Positions 12,235-23,708 of a stretch of DNA of 44,007 nt are shown here, in pieces; the first letter of the stretch is position 1; every line of letters begins with the position of its first letter. Location of the stretch: assembly GCA_026025795.1 (NCBI GenBank), contig JAPEUG010000111.1, forward strand, positions 1 through 44,007, given 5' to 3'. Source of the DNA: Thelocarpon superellum. Lineage: Eukaryota. Position numbers and translations under genes: made by a program. The notes below the pieces were generated by a model. That model saw only the letters and a list, made by a program, of their open reading frames with translations. It searched no databases and had not been told where the DNA came from.

Positions 12235-13942
12235 AGACAGTGGACAGCGACGGAAGATGACGACGTGGGCGGCCCTGTCCATCTTCCAAACGTCCCGGGT
12301 CATGCCTGGCGGCGGTTGATCGACGTTCCAAACGGTTCTAACGATCCTTACCGGACGGGAGGTTGGGGGTGTTGCAGTCTTTCTTTAGACCCGCTTCGTA
12401 ACCGGCGGGAGTAGTGGCGACCTTACCGTTCGTCAATCCGCACGGGTACCTGTAAAATGCTGGGCGTTCCGTTAGCCGATCGCGAGATCGGGCCTCGCCC
12501 ATTGATCCAACGGTACCTACCGTCCCACTGTACGTTGAGCTACCGTCGCTCGTTCCCTTTCGTGTCCCTGGGGCCTAAGGACCTGAGGTTCTCACCTCCC
12601 TTTGGCTCGTTGGGTGATTGTCCGGGCACGGCGCCTCGCCTCGCGCTTTGCCTTTCTCCACAGTTGGCGGCCGCGGCCGCGGCTGCGGCCCCGCAAGTCG
12701 AGAGCCTGGGTGGATTCCTTCACGCGCCAGCCTTGTAGAGTTTCCGGAAGCCAGACAAGTGTCGTAGTCCGGCTTCGTCGCCGCATCTGCGTCCAAGATA
12801 TTACTCGTCTGCTTCAGCCACCCGGCAACGAATAGTCTCCAAGCTCTCCAGGCAGAGAGGCAATACACGCGAAGTATTGGTCACCACGGCTTATCACTTG
12901 GTCCTGTCCGCCCCTTTCTGGCTCTCACCGGGCCTACGCCGCGCTTGAGTCCTCTTTTCAGTCCCCCGTCTGCGTCGAGCGAGGCCGCAACAGCGCGGAG
13001 GACGGGCGGTGATTGGCATCGCATGAACTCAGTCGAAACGAAGGTACCAAAGTACCATGTCACGCTCCGCCGAGACGGGGGGGGGTCCAGTGACGCTTGC
13101 GACGCCACGAAGGACGATCGGCGAGCCATCGGCCAGCCGACGGGCCTCCCTAGGACGGAGAGAGGCAACTGGCGCAGCGCTCGCGCGCGACTAGGACGGC
13201 GGGTTCTGGACGACGGGCCTCGCGCACCCGGACGCCCTCGAACCCTCGAACAACCCCGACGCCGCCCCGGTCGGTGCACGCCCCCGTCCCCCCCCTTAGT
13301 GCCAGCCTTCCAGACAGCGTGCTCCATGGGTGGTGGCTCGTCATGACCGGCAAGGTCGACAGCCTTAGCGGGCCCCGGCGGCGGACTAGGCCCCTCCACA
13401 TGCGCCTGCGCCTGATCGCCCACCATCGGACCCATGCCAATTTACAAACACACCAGTGGCCCATGCACATGCACCTCATCCTCAACGGTGGACGGGATTG
13501 CGATGGAGCCTACTATGCTTGATAGTCACGATCCATGCAGGTCTCTCGTTCGAAGCTTGCGGCACCAGTCGCCGCCATGAGCAAAGTACGCCGCGCGCGC
13601 GCGCACAATTGACTCTGACTTCATCTCCTTCCTAGTCGACGCCCCCCGACGCCCTCCCTACCCCCCCTTCCCCCCTCTCCTACTGGTCAGGAGGGCTGAC
13701 CCCCCGGCGGTTCACGCTGGCTCATCGGCCGTAGCTCAGATGGTCCCGAACACAAAAGCCAGCGCGCGCGCGCCTGCGCGCCGCCCAAATGCCGGCTCGC
13801 ACCGCTGCACGTATGGCCGCCTCCCGTCATCGAGCTCGTGCTATTTAGACTGTCAGGGTCCTGCGGTCGACGGTGCGTCGGTCAGAGGAGGCAGCCCATG
13901 CGTCCGTTCGGTCGTTTTCCAGGGCTGTTTTGATTTTTGGCA

Positions 13943-15502
13943 ATGTTTTCCTACGCACATGTTTTCCTCTGTCTATGGTACGTCCCCCCGCTGCGGGCCC
14001 CGGCCCCTCCCACTCCTGCGACGCGCTCTCGATGCGGCTGCAAAACGCATCTGCACCGGCGTTCTGAGCGCCCTCAGCGTCCCTCCCCCGCCCTCCCCAC
14101 CCCACGCCCTAGGCTGTGCAAACGCTGACCGCCGTCCGCGCGCCGGCTTAGGTTATATCGTTACCTGCGCGTCATCGTCAATTGCATTGCTCATTGGACC
14201 TTCCGCCCCATTCCTCCGCCAGACGACCCGAGCCTCACGGCGCAAGACGTGACGGTCATCATCCCGACCCTCAGTGGCCAGAGCCTGGAGCTCCGGCAGA
14301 CCGTTGAGACATGCCTGCGCGCCGAGCCCTTTGAGATCCTCCTCGTCACCATCGACGCGCACCTCAAGCCCTGTGCCGAGCTGGCTCGCTCCCTGTCGAG
14401 CACGCGCATCCGGGTATTCAGCGTGCCCCATGCCAACAAGCGGCAACAGATGTGTCGCGCCATCCCCGAGGTCGCAACCAAGATCACTGTGCTGGCAGAC
14501 GACGATGTGACCTGGCCGCGCCACATCCTGCGCTGGATCCTGGCGCCCTTTGAACGAGCGGATATGGGCGGGGTTGGGACATGTCAGCGCCTGCATCGCG
14601 CGGAGAAGCCCAACGTGTGGAACTTCCTCGGCGCGCTGTACCTGGAACGGCGCAACTTCGAGATCTCGGCGACGACGCACATCGACGGCGGCATCTCGTG
14701 CCTCTCGGGCCGGACGGTGGCATACCGCACGCACATCCTGCAGGACCCGGCCTTCACCTACGGCTTCACGCATGAGTACTGGCTCCATCGGTACCAGCTC
14801 AACGCCGACGACGACAATTTCATCACGCGCTGGATGGTGTCGCACGGCTGGAAGACGTACGTGCAGTACTGCAAAGAAGCGGAATTACGCACGACGTTGG
14901 AGGGCAACCCTAAGTTCTTGAGGCAGTGCCTCCGCTGGTCACGCAGCAACTGGCGCAGCAATCTGCGCAGCATGCTCTGGGAGCAGCGCATTTGGAGGTC
15001 AGTTCGGAGCCACGTGGTCCACGCCGGGCCCGCCGACTGACATGTTTTCCTTCAACAAGGCAACAACCATGGAGCGCGTATGCGTTGTACCTGGCCACCC
15101 TCAACCCGCCGGCCCTGGTCTTTGACGTGGCCATGCTCATTCTCGCACATGTGGCGATGAGATATTGGCCGGCGGAGCAGTACATGTGGAGCATGGTTCT
15201 CTTGGGTTGTTGGATGTTGATCAGCAAGGTCCTGAAGCTACTGGGCCACTTCATCCGCTATCCCGAGGACACCCTGCTGTTGCCCGTGTCCATCTTCTTT
15301 GGTTATTTCCACGGGCTGATCAAGGCCTATGCGTTTTGCACGTTGAACGTGGTGAGTCCTGCCCTTGTCCCTTGCATGGCGCGTGGCGCGTGACGTGACG
15401 GCCGCACTAACGCACCATGACCAGACGGCCTGGGGAAGCCGCGAAGGTGCGGACACGGACGACGCCTATCGCATGATCCGTCGGAGCGAATGGGATAAAT
15501 GA
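13943..15502 (+). CDS. CPS1: Processive family-2 glycosyltransferase, Cps1-type polysaccharide synthase; 4 exons
   Basis: Exons 13943-13977, 14152-14997, 15060-15351 and 15425-15502. Sequence WLYRYLRVIVNCIAHWTFRPIP...DVTVIIPT, ADDDVTW (DxD), CLSGRT..YR, ADDDNFITRW, QCLRWSRS (QxxRW), C-terminal TM helices and TAWGSR. The start codon could lie further upstream. Confidence 0.9.
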
Positions 15503-17099
15503 AGCGGGAGCGACGCCGGCCCCCGACGGCGTCTCAGGTGGGGTTTGGGTGACGGGTCCGCCAGCCTCGGACGCGTCCGAGCCGGTGCGCCCGTCTGTCA
15601 GCGCTGGATCATTTGGGGCCTTGGCGTTGGTGATGTTTGGCATTGGGCGGTCTTTGGGTGTTACACGAGCCCGCGTGTCACGGGCATCATCTGACGCGAT
15701 CGAGATGCCCCACCATCGGGCAAAAGTTGGGTGATCTTCCTGTTGTGCATCATGGCGGCGGCATTCTGATCTCGGCGATACTTGCCCTTTTTTGCTCGCG
15801 CCATCTGTATCTTATCCTCCACCTAATGTTTACTCGGAACTTCGAGACGTGTTTGACCCGAGGTGTTGCGAGGACTCACCCGACAGCGTCCGCCTGGGGC
15901 GGCGCGGTTGGCGGGCTCGGGAGACGGAGGCTGGGAAGTGTTGTGGTCGGAGAGGACCCGGTGACTCAACGAGGCGCCAGTGCGGCGCGTGGAAGGACGC
16001 CACCACCACCTTGGTTTGGTTGAGCCGTGCAGCCGTGCAGTCGTGCGACAGTGCCGTGCAGTGCCGTGCCGTGGTAAGTGGGAGGCCATCGGGGTGGGCG
16101 AGGCAAATCGGGCAGGGCCGATGTAGCCGCAGGCGAGACTCCCGTGACGCGACGGAGGGAGCTTCCACGGAGCAAGCCGGATGCTATCGATAGTGAGAAG
16201 TCCTCGATGCTCTCCTTCGTCCTCCCTGCACGACAGGGGAACCTCTTTTCCCTCTGCCACCACGATTGGGCCGGGGGAATCTCCCTGGGATCTCCCTGGC
16301 ACAGACGCGGCCGGGCCGCAGGATCGGGTTCCCCACTTTTGGACCGGCACCGGAAGCACACCCCTCCCTCTCCCCGCGTCCCCTTCGGCTCTTGGACCTC
16401 CCTGCGACACCCGACACCGTCCATCCATCCTCGCTCCTTCACTCGTACTCGGGGCTCGGTGTCGCGGCCGGGGACGGCCTCTCTATAGATAGAGTAGCGC
16501 GTGTGCGCATACGAATACGCGGGGCCTAGCTAGCGATGGATAGCTCCGCGTCGGTCGGGAGCGAGGTGGTGTGCAGGGTCTATCATCGGGAGCGCGGTGA
16601 GACGAGGACGGGGAGGCGAGGGGGGGTGCATGGGTGGATAAGCGGACGTGTGGGCCGGCTCACGACATCGAGGGAAGAATGCGTGGCAGATGCAAGAGCC
16701 GGAGGAGCGCGAGCGAGGCCAGCATGCACGAACGCGAACGCGAACGCCATCGGAAACAGGGATGTAATCGTACGTCAATCGTGTTTGGCGCACTCCAAGA
16801 CCGGCAGTGCCGACCACTACAACGACGCCGACCACCGAGCCTCCTGTACTCGTCCCGTCGAAAGCCAAGGGACTCCTGGCTACTCGGTCAGGGACTAGTC
16901 GCTCCTGTGGTTGGGCGGGAACGACCTCAGCCTTCCTGTCCGATGGATGGCGTGCAGGACGAGGCTTGACCTAGATGTGCATGAGGGTGCTGCTGCACGA
17001 TGCGGGGTCTCCTCGCTTCCTTCGGGAGAGTGGGAAGGGCAGTGGTGAAGCGGGGGTGCGTGCGCATGGGTGTGCGAGTACATGCCGGGCGGCGGCAGC

Positions 17100-18720
17100 A
17101 AAAGCAAGCACGTCTACTGATTAGCTAGCGGGCTTGCTGTGCCATCGAGACGAGGGAGGGGTGCGATGTCATCGTGCCACGATGTATGGAAACGCAGGTG
17201 CGTGTGGCTGGTCGAGTGTGTGTCGCCTGCGAGCGCAGCAACGAGTCGAAGCTTCCTTTCCTGCCGAGATCCGTGGTGTCGCGGGCCGTACTCACTTTGC
17301 CTATGGAGTTACGCTCCTACTGGGAGACAGAAGGCGCTCGCCAGATGACGACCGAATCCTCCGCCCGGTTTTTTTGGTCTTCCTGCACGCTGCTTCTTCG
17401 AGGTCTTTGTCGAGATCAGGCCACATGGATGCTGGCCATTGTCATCACCTCACTGCACGGATACCTTCCTTAGCTATGCGACACCCGGATGGATCGATCC
17501 GGCCGGGTCACAGCCGTGGGAACATTCTGCGCTTGCCCGCGGGACCGACGGAAGTAAGTCACGACTACTCTGACTGCCTACGATCCGTGGCTGGGCCGAA
17601 GTGGGTACCTAGGTCCAGTCACGGATCGTGGTGGGGGAGGGGTAGCTCGCTAGCTCTCACCACCAGAACTAGCTTATCGAGAAGGATGTCCTTCGTCCAC
17701 CACGCCTGCCGAGCAGCCCCGGGGCTACGCGAGCGGACTGTAGGCACGCCGCAGGTGGAGTTTCTACCATCTTAAATATGCCACCGGGACCGATCTCCGA
17801 GCGGTGTGCAGACGGGGGCGGCAAGAAAAGCAGCACCTGTACCAAAAACGATGCGGTATTCACGCAAAGGCCTGGTAGAGATAGATGCTGCTATTGCCAG
17901 CTGTCAGAGGGCGTCTGCACTCTTTCACGTGTTCAGGGTCCTGCGGTGGGTCCGCCTACTTTCTGCTGACAGCCAATGAGCGCAACGCAGAGCCCTGCCG
18001 CCGCATTCTGCAGAGGCCCCCCGGACTTCTGACCTTGGATTCAAGGGGCGGATACACGCCCAGCACGCAGTAGGGAGCAAAGTTCCTTTCAACTCTGCAC
18101 CTCTCCGGCGATTGTCGTAATGGCCGTCCCTTGTCCTCCGTGAGCTCTTTCCTGCTTTTGGGCTCTGGCCTTGGCTGTCGTAGCTTTCCTTGAACCCTAA
18201 CGGCAGAGGCTAAACAAAGGAACTAGCCCTCCGGCTTCCATGTTCGAGCATGGCCTAGCGACGATCTGGCGCCACAGGTGCCTCTAGATCCGTGGGCTAG
18301 GCTTAGTGGGCTTGGTCGTCGTGCCCGCCTATGCTCCCCTGCTTTCCTGCCGAGTATGTGTGATTTACGATGGGCATTGTAAGGACAGCAAATGAGACAC
18401 CACGGACGAGACTTTGGCGGGGAGTGGACTGAGTTTGAGGAGATCTCGATCTTGTTCGGAGGATGCGGGTTGGAAGACGCCTTGTCGTAAGAAGAGCAGA
18501 AGTGTGGTTTTGACATGTGCGTCGGCTCTCCCCCGTACCCGAATCCCCAACCTCAGGATTCCACCGTCTGCGATGTTGCGTCAGACAAAGCCATTTTGCT
18601 CGTTAGTGGTTCCAGCCCGTCTCACCTACGAATACTCACACACGAGTACTCGTACGCGACATACGAAGTACTGACCCACCCACTCACACCCGCGGCCGTC
18701 CGCCCACGCACGAGTAGCCT
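17100..18720 (+). ncRNA. Candidate large structured non-coding RNA, possibly telomerase RNA; boundaries approximate
   Basis: No credible ORF. Many nested helices with G.U pairs (17578-17631, 17806-17920, 17941-18070, 18081-18224, 18253-18302, 18465/18620). Telomere-template-like AACCCTAAC at 18193-18201. Branch-site-like TACTGAC at 18669. Confidence 0.45.
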
Positions 18721-19434
18721 ACGCAATTTACCTCAACGACCCGTGGGTCGTCACGACGGCCTCAATCTATGACACACCGCGCACCACAAGCAAATCTAAA
18801 CAAGATCCTTCGTGTGAGCACCGACAGCAGCAGAAACGTCACCAACGTACGAGCGACGACTGAATCATGGACGGGAGCAGGGATAGGGAAGGATGTTGGC
18901 AACGGGTCTCTCAGCGGAAATGCAGCGAAGGGAAAAGGAAAGAACGGAAAAATCCATGGAAAATCCCGACGGTGGGAAACCACGCAGCGGTGACATCACA
19001 TTGATGCCAATCGGGGACCCTTCTCCTTCTCCCTACGTACGTCCATCCAGCCGTGCAGCGACGCGGCCCGTGGACGAGTCGAGGCATGGCCGCGCTGAGA
19101 ATGGCCGGGGTACACCTTCCTCGCTCGCATCCACATCGTGAATACTTTGGGTTCCTAGGATATCTTGCTGGCTGTGATGTGCTCACGTGTCGAGAGTATG
19201 TTGTACGCTGTTACATGCAGCGCCTGAGCGGTCGAACATGAAGTACGTTAAACATGTTGAGTACGAGGAGGATATCATATCAGGTCAAGTCGCGTGGTAT
19301 GGTACACTGGAGTTATCGCGCCCGTTGGGATGATTATATTCGTCAGGTCATCATGTGTACGAGCAGTGCAAGTGAAGCAGATCAAAGGGGAAGAAGAGGG
19401 AAGAGGAAGTACCAGCGCAGACGCAATGGCAGAG

Positions 19435-20728
19435 CTAACAGCACCCTGCTCGCCTCCGACCCGTTCCGCCGTCCAATCGGAAGACCTCTTCCCATTCACG
19501 CATCCCGCCCATCCACGCACTGCCGCCACGGCCGCGCTTGCGGCGTCTCCGGGCGCCATCTTCGCCCAGCACGCCGCTCTTGATACTGCCTGCTTCGCTC
19601 GACGGCCCGATGCCTGAGTCGCCGTATTGGATGCCGCTCTGCGGATCGTCTGGATCGACTTCGCCCAGCTCGATTTTGGTCAGGATCATGGCGGCCAGGC
19701 GCACGAAGACGTCGGATACTTGTGCGCCAGTCAGTGCCGACACCTCCATCGTCACGGGGATGTTATTCGTCGATGCCCATCGCGTCGCCGTCACTTGCAA
19801 TACCTCGCGCCCGAGGGGAGCGGTGGTGGCGGACGCTTGGGTGGAGAGAGTCGGCGCGGCCTTGGCGGCGGTGGAGGTGGTGGTTGGGAGAGAAGAGGGC
19901 GTGGTGGATGATGATGTGGGTGATGTTGACGGAGCAGGTACGTCGATCAAGGGCGGGGGCGGCGCTTGCAGGGGGTCGGTGGAGGTCAGGTCTGCTTTGT
20001 TACCGACGAGCAGGAGCGTCAGATCGGGCGAGGCCAGGGCTCGTGCGTCGTTGAGAAAGGTGGGAAGGGCGGCAAAGGAGGAATGTGCGGCAAGATCGTA
20101 GACGAGAATGGCGCCAGCGGCGCCTCGATAGTAGGAGCGCGAGACCGACCGAAATCGTTCCGTGCCAGCCGTGTCCCAGAGCTGGGAAGCCGGGCGCGGG
20201 AAGTCAGCCTCGTCGCCATAGAGCCGGGCAGGAAGCGACCGGAGGACCGGACCCACCTGCAGTTTTATCCGCTTGCGACGTGCGCCCGTGCCGACTTTGA
20301 TGATCTTCGACGCGAATTCCACCCCGATCGTTTGCGACGAGAGCACGCGCCCTACACTCCCGTCAGCCATGCGCGAGAGTAATGGGAACCCGTGAGGGCG
20401 AGCGATTGCGTACATTCGTCCTTGACAAACCGATGCAGCAGGCAGGATCTGAGATCGGCGACGCAAGATCAGCGGATGTGCACGACGCCAGGGAGATGTG
20501 CGGTAGGCGCGGCTTTGCCGGGAATGACCGACTTTCCAGAACCGCTGGGCCCCAGCAGGATGATCTTGGCCAGGTAGTCGTACATGCTACTGAGCTCCTG
20601 GACGGATGCACTGAGTCAGCTTGGCGCGCATTGGGTGTGGCGACCGTGCCGTTAGGGGGGCCGACCTGGTTCTGCTCGACGACCGAGGAGTTCTCCGACC
20701 CTCCGGACGGCGCCCGTTGGCGGACCAT
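19435..20728 (-). CDS. RAB4: Rab4-like small GTPase; 5 exons
   Basis: Exons 20728-20666, 20597-20533, 20448-20414, 20351-20257 and 20181-19435 give MVRQR...SMYDYLAKIILLGPSGSGKS, TIGVEF, LWDTAGTERFRSVSRSYYRGA, NKAD, EVSA and a C-terminal GCC prenylation motif. Confidence 0.93.
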
Positions 20729-21443
20729 AGCCACGACGGGGCCTCACGACGCAAGAAGTTGCGACGGAAGGGTGGGTCGATAGGCGATGGCTTGCTGGAT
20801 CGGATACTCGTGAGTAGGTTGTTGAGGTGCCTCTCGTCATGGACTCGTTCATGCTTGATCTGACCCTGGCGATACTCGGAATCAGACGGGGGAAGCCATC
20901 TACCGTATGTCAGGTCGCATCTACTTGCCGCGCCTCCACCTCGCACCCGAGCTGCGACGCTAGATAGGCGCTGCCCAATGAAACGACCGACGTCGCCCGG
21001 ACACCGGACACGGGATGGCCGAGGTCCGACGGAACAGTGCCGCCGCCGCGGTCCGGTTCAGCTAAGGATCAACAGATATAAGTCGTGCTTTTCCAGAAGA
21101 ACCGTCCCTGTAGTCGTCCAGCAGCTGTAACCTTCGCACGTCATCGATGGTCCAAGCTACACATCTCTCTGCTGTACTACTAGCATAGTAGTAGCCTTCC
21201 TTCTGACGGTCGCATGTGACAAGCACGGACGACATATGTTCGGCATCCAACATTCAATTTTCTACACGGCCTCGACATGAATGAGCCCGGAGAATGGTGC
21301 ACCACTGAGTAGCAAACGTCTCGTTCATGATCGGTTGTCTTTTGGCTTCTGCTGGAGTCGGGGTCGTGATGTTCTCTACGCTTGACGGCGTCTAATCGCG
21401 CGTATTCCTAACTCAGGTCGTGATCGTGATTCGGATCCGGAAC

Positions 21444-23095
21444 ATGATGACGTCGTTCTTCTCGCGATTCAGCCCTGTTCCTGGCTTCCCAGACCACACC
21501 GGACCATATCGCGTGGGTACGATTGACATTGAGCTACCCGCCGCTCGTCTCTCCTCACCGGCTCCTGCGCCAGACCCCACCATCTCGACCGTGCAGTTTC
21601 GTCTCTTCTATCCGTGTGATGCCAACCGTCCTCAGGACCAGCATGTCCGATGGATGCCTCATCCTCAGCGCGAGTATGTTGGGGCCTATGCCAAGTTTCT
21701 CGGTGCCAAGGGTGCCTTTGTGGAGATCCTCTCGTATGTGACGTGGCCCATGAGGCCGTTCACGCTAATGCTTTGTCCAGTCGTATTCCACAACTGCTCT
21801 ACTACATCACCATTCCTGTGCATGCGAATGCTCCCTTGCTCACACCGCCCACGAAAACGAAGCGATGGCCTGTGATGGTCTTCTCTCATGGCCTGGGCGG
21901 CACGCGAAACGCGTACTCTCATCTTGTGGGATCCCTCGCCAGCCGTGGCATGGTCGTGATCGCGCCGGAACACCGCGATGGCAGTACCCCCGTCTCCTTC
22001 ATCCGCGATCTCTCCCTCGATGGCGAAGTGCCAACAAAGACGGCCCTTTCCGGACGGCGAGCGATCCCCTACCGATCGGTCCCGTTTCAACCCACAACAG
22101 AGGCGGAGCTGGCCCGCAACGAGCAGCTTCGCATCAGACTATGGGAGCTTGGCTTGATTCACGAGGCTGTACTTCAATTGGAGGCAGGAGAGGACATGAT
22201 CGGTGTTGACGCCAGTCAAGTAAATGCCTCCAAAGCAGCCGACAATCCACTTTTGCGCATGTTTGAAGGCCAGCTGGACGTCCACGACCCGGGAAGCGTC
22301 AGCTGGGCCGGACACAGCTTCGGAGCGGCGACCGTCATCCAGTTTGTCAAGTCGGTCTTCTACCGGCCCACCGAATCCAATCAGCTCGAGTCCGACTTCT
22401 CCACTTTTGCTCCCCTCTTCACTCCCTCGGCTTCCTCCAACATTGCCAAGCAGATCACCCCCAAGTCGCCAGTCATCGTTCTCGACCTGTGGACCGCGCC
22501 ACTGCGAGGAAATTCGACGCGATGGCTCTGGAACCAACCGCTCCCGACGTACGCCTCGTCCGGACCTGGCGGCGTGAACGTGCTCGCTATCTTGAGCGAT
22601 GCCTTTTTCAAATGGAAAGCCAACTTGGAGAGCACGAAGCAAATTCTGGCAGAGAACACGACACTACGGGCGCGAGAATCCACCAAGCCGGGGCCACGGA
22701 TGTTTTACGTCAAATCTTCCGCCCATCTATCCCAATCAGATTTCGGCGTGCTGTTTCCGTGGTTCACCAAGCGCATCCTCAAAGCCCACGCTCCCGAGCG
22801 GACGCTGGCCCTGAACGTGCGCGCGATCTCGCAAGTGCTGCGCGAGAGCGGCGTCGAGGTCGCTGGCGTCACAGATGACGAGCGGGAGATTCAGACGGGC
22901 GGGAAGACGGAGAGCGCCAAACGAGTAGAAACAGGCGATTGGAAGATCCTCGCTCGCGACGGAGACGTGGAGGGTTGGGTGGTGGTGGACCCTGATCTTG
23001 ATGCCTCTGGGGAGGACGATGTTGCTGCCGAAAGTGCGGAAAAATCCCCCAATCAAGCCGTCGTCCAGGGCGAAGTCGGCAACGATACTGCGTGA
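21444..23095 (+). CDS. PAF-acetylhydrolase-family alpha/beta hydrolase (phospholipase A2-like); 2 exons
   Basis: Exons 21444-21733 and 21781-23095. GPYRVGT, RLFYPC, FSHGLGG...YS, EHRDGS, nucleophile GHSFG, LDLW and HLSQSDF. Confidence 0.92.
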
Positions 23096-23708
23096 ACATG
23101 ACGGCAGATGAGATGAATCGAGCGACTCGTAGCACTGGTACGCCTTATTTGATGCATGATGATGAATACGCTAAGTCGATTGTCGAACGTCGTGGCTCCT
23201 GGCCCCCGTCTGGATTATTAGCACAATCATATATCGGTAGACATCTTCGCCTCTCATAGAAATTGTGTGCGGGGCCAGGAGCCGCGGCGTTCGACAATAG
23301 ATTTAGCCTCGACCATACGAGACGCTAAGTTTTCCGTCGGACGTCGCGGCCCCAGGCGCCCGGAGCTCAGAGAAATATGTCCAGGATATACATCCACGCC
23401 GATCATAGTTCTGGATTCCGGGAGCCGCGACGGCCGACGAATAACGTCGCTCGACGAACTCCAAGTAGGAGAAGCATGGGTTCAAGAGTAGAGAATGTCG
23501 TAGAAATGTCGTAGAAGAACCGTTCCTCCACATGTCCATATGACTTGAGTGGGCGTAATGATCTGTGAGCAGGCGTTGGCCCATTTTTGCGAGGCTGAAC
23601 CAACATCGCATCCTGCACATCAGCAGGTCTCAGTAACCACTTCGCACGAGATCACTTGCCATTGAAACTGCTCCACAGCCGGGATGTGGAAACTGCCGAT
23701 GGGTGACA

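Noticed and set aside
11912..12319. 135-aa ORF in the long intergenic region
   Set aside because: No recognisable motif, it runs through a 7-bp tandem repeat, and equally long ORFs overlap it in other frames.
17134..17775. 213-aa ORF overlapping the structured region
   Set aside because: Arg/Ser/Gly/His-rich random-looking translation with a non-ATG start; RNA structure explains the region better.
18113..18410. GTCGTAATGGC, resembling the fungal SRP RNA Alu 5' motif
   Set aside because: The UGUNR motif is broken and no helix-8 CAGG..GNRA..AGCA follows. I also did not see RNase P/MRP, U snRNA or group I intron core motifs in the structured region.
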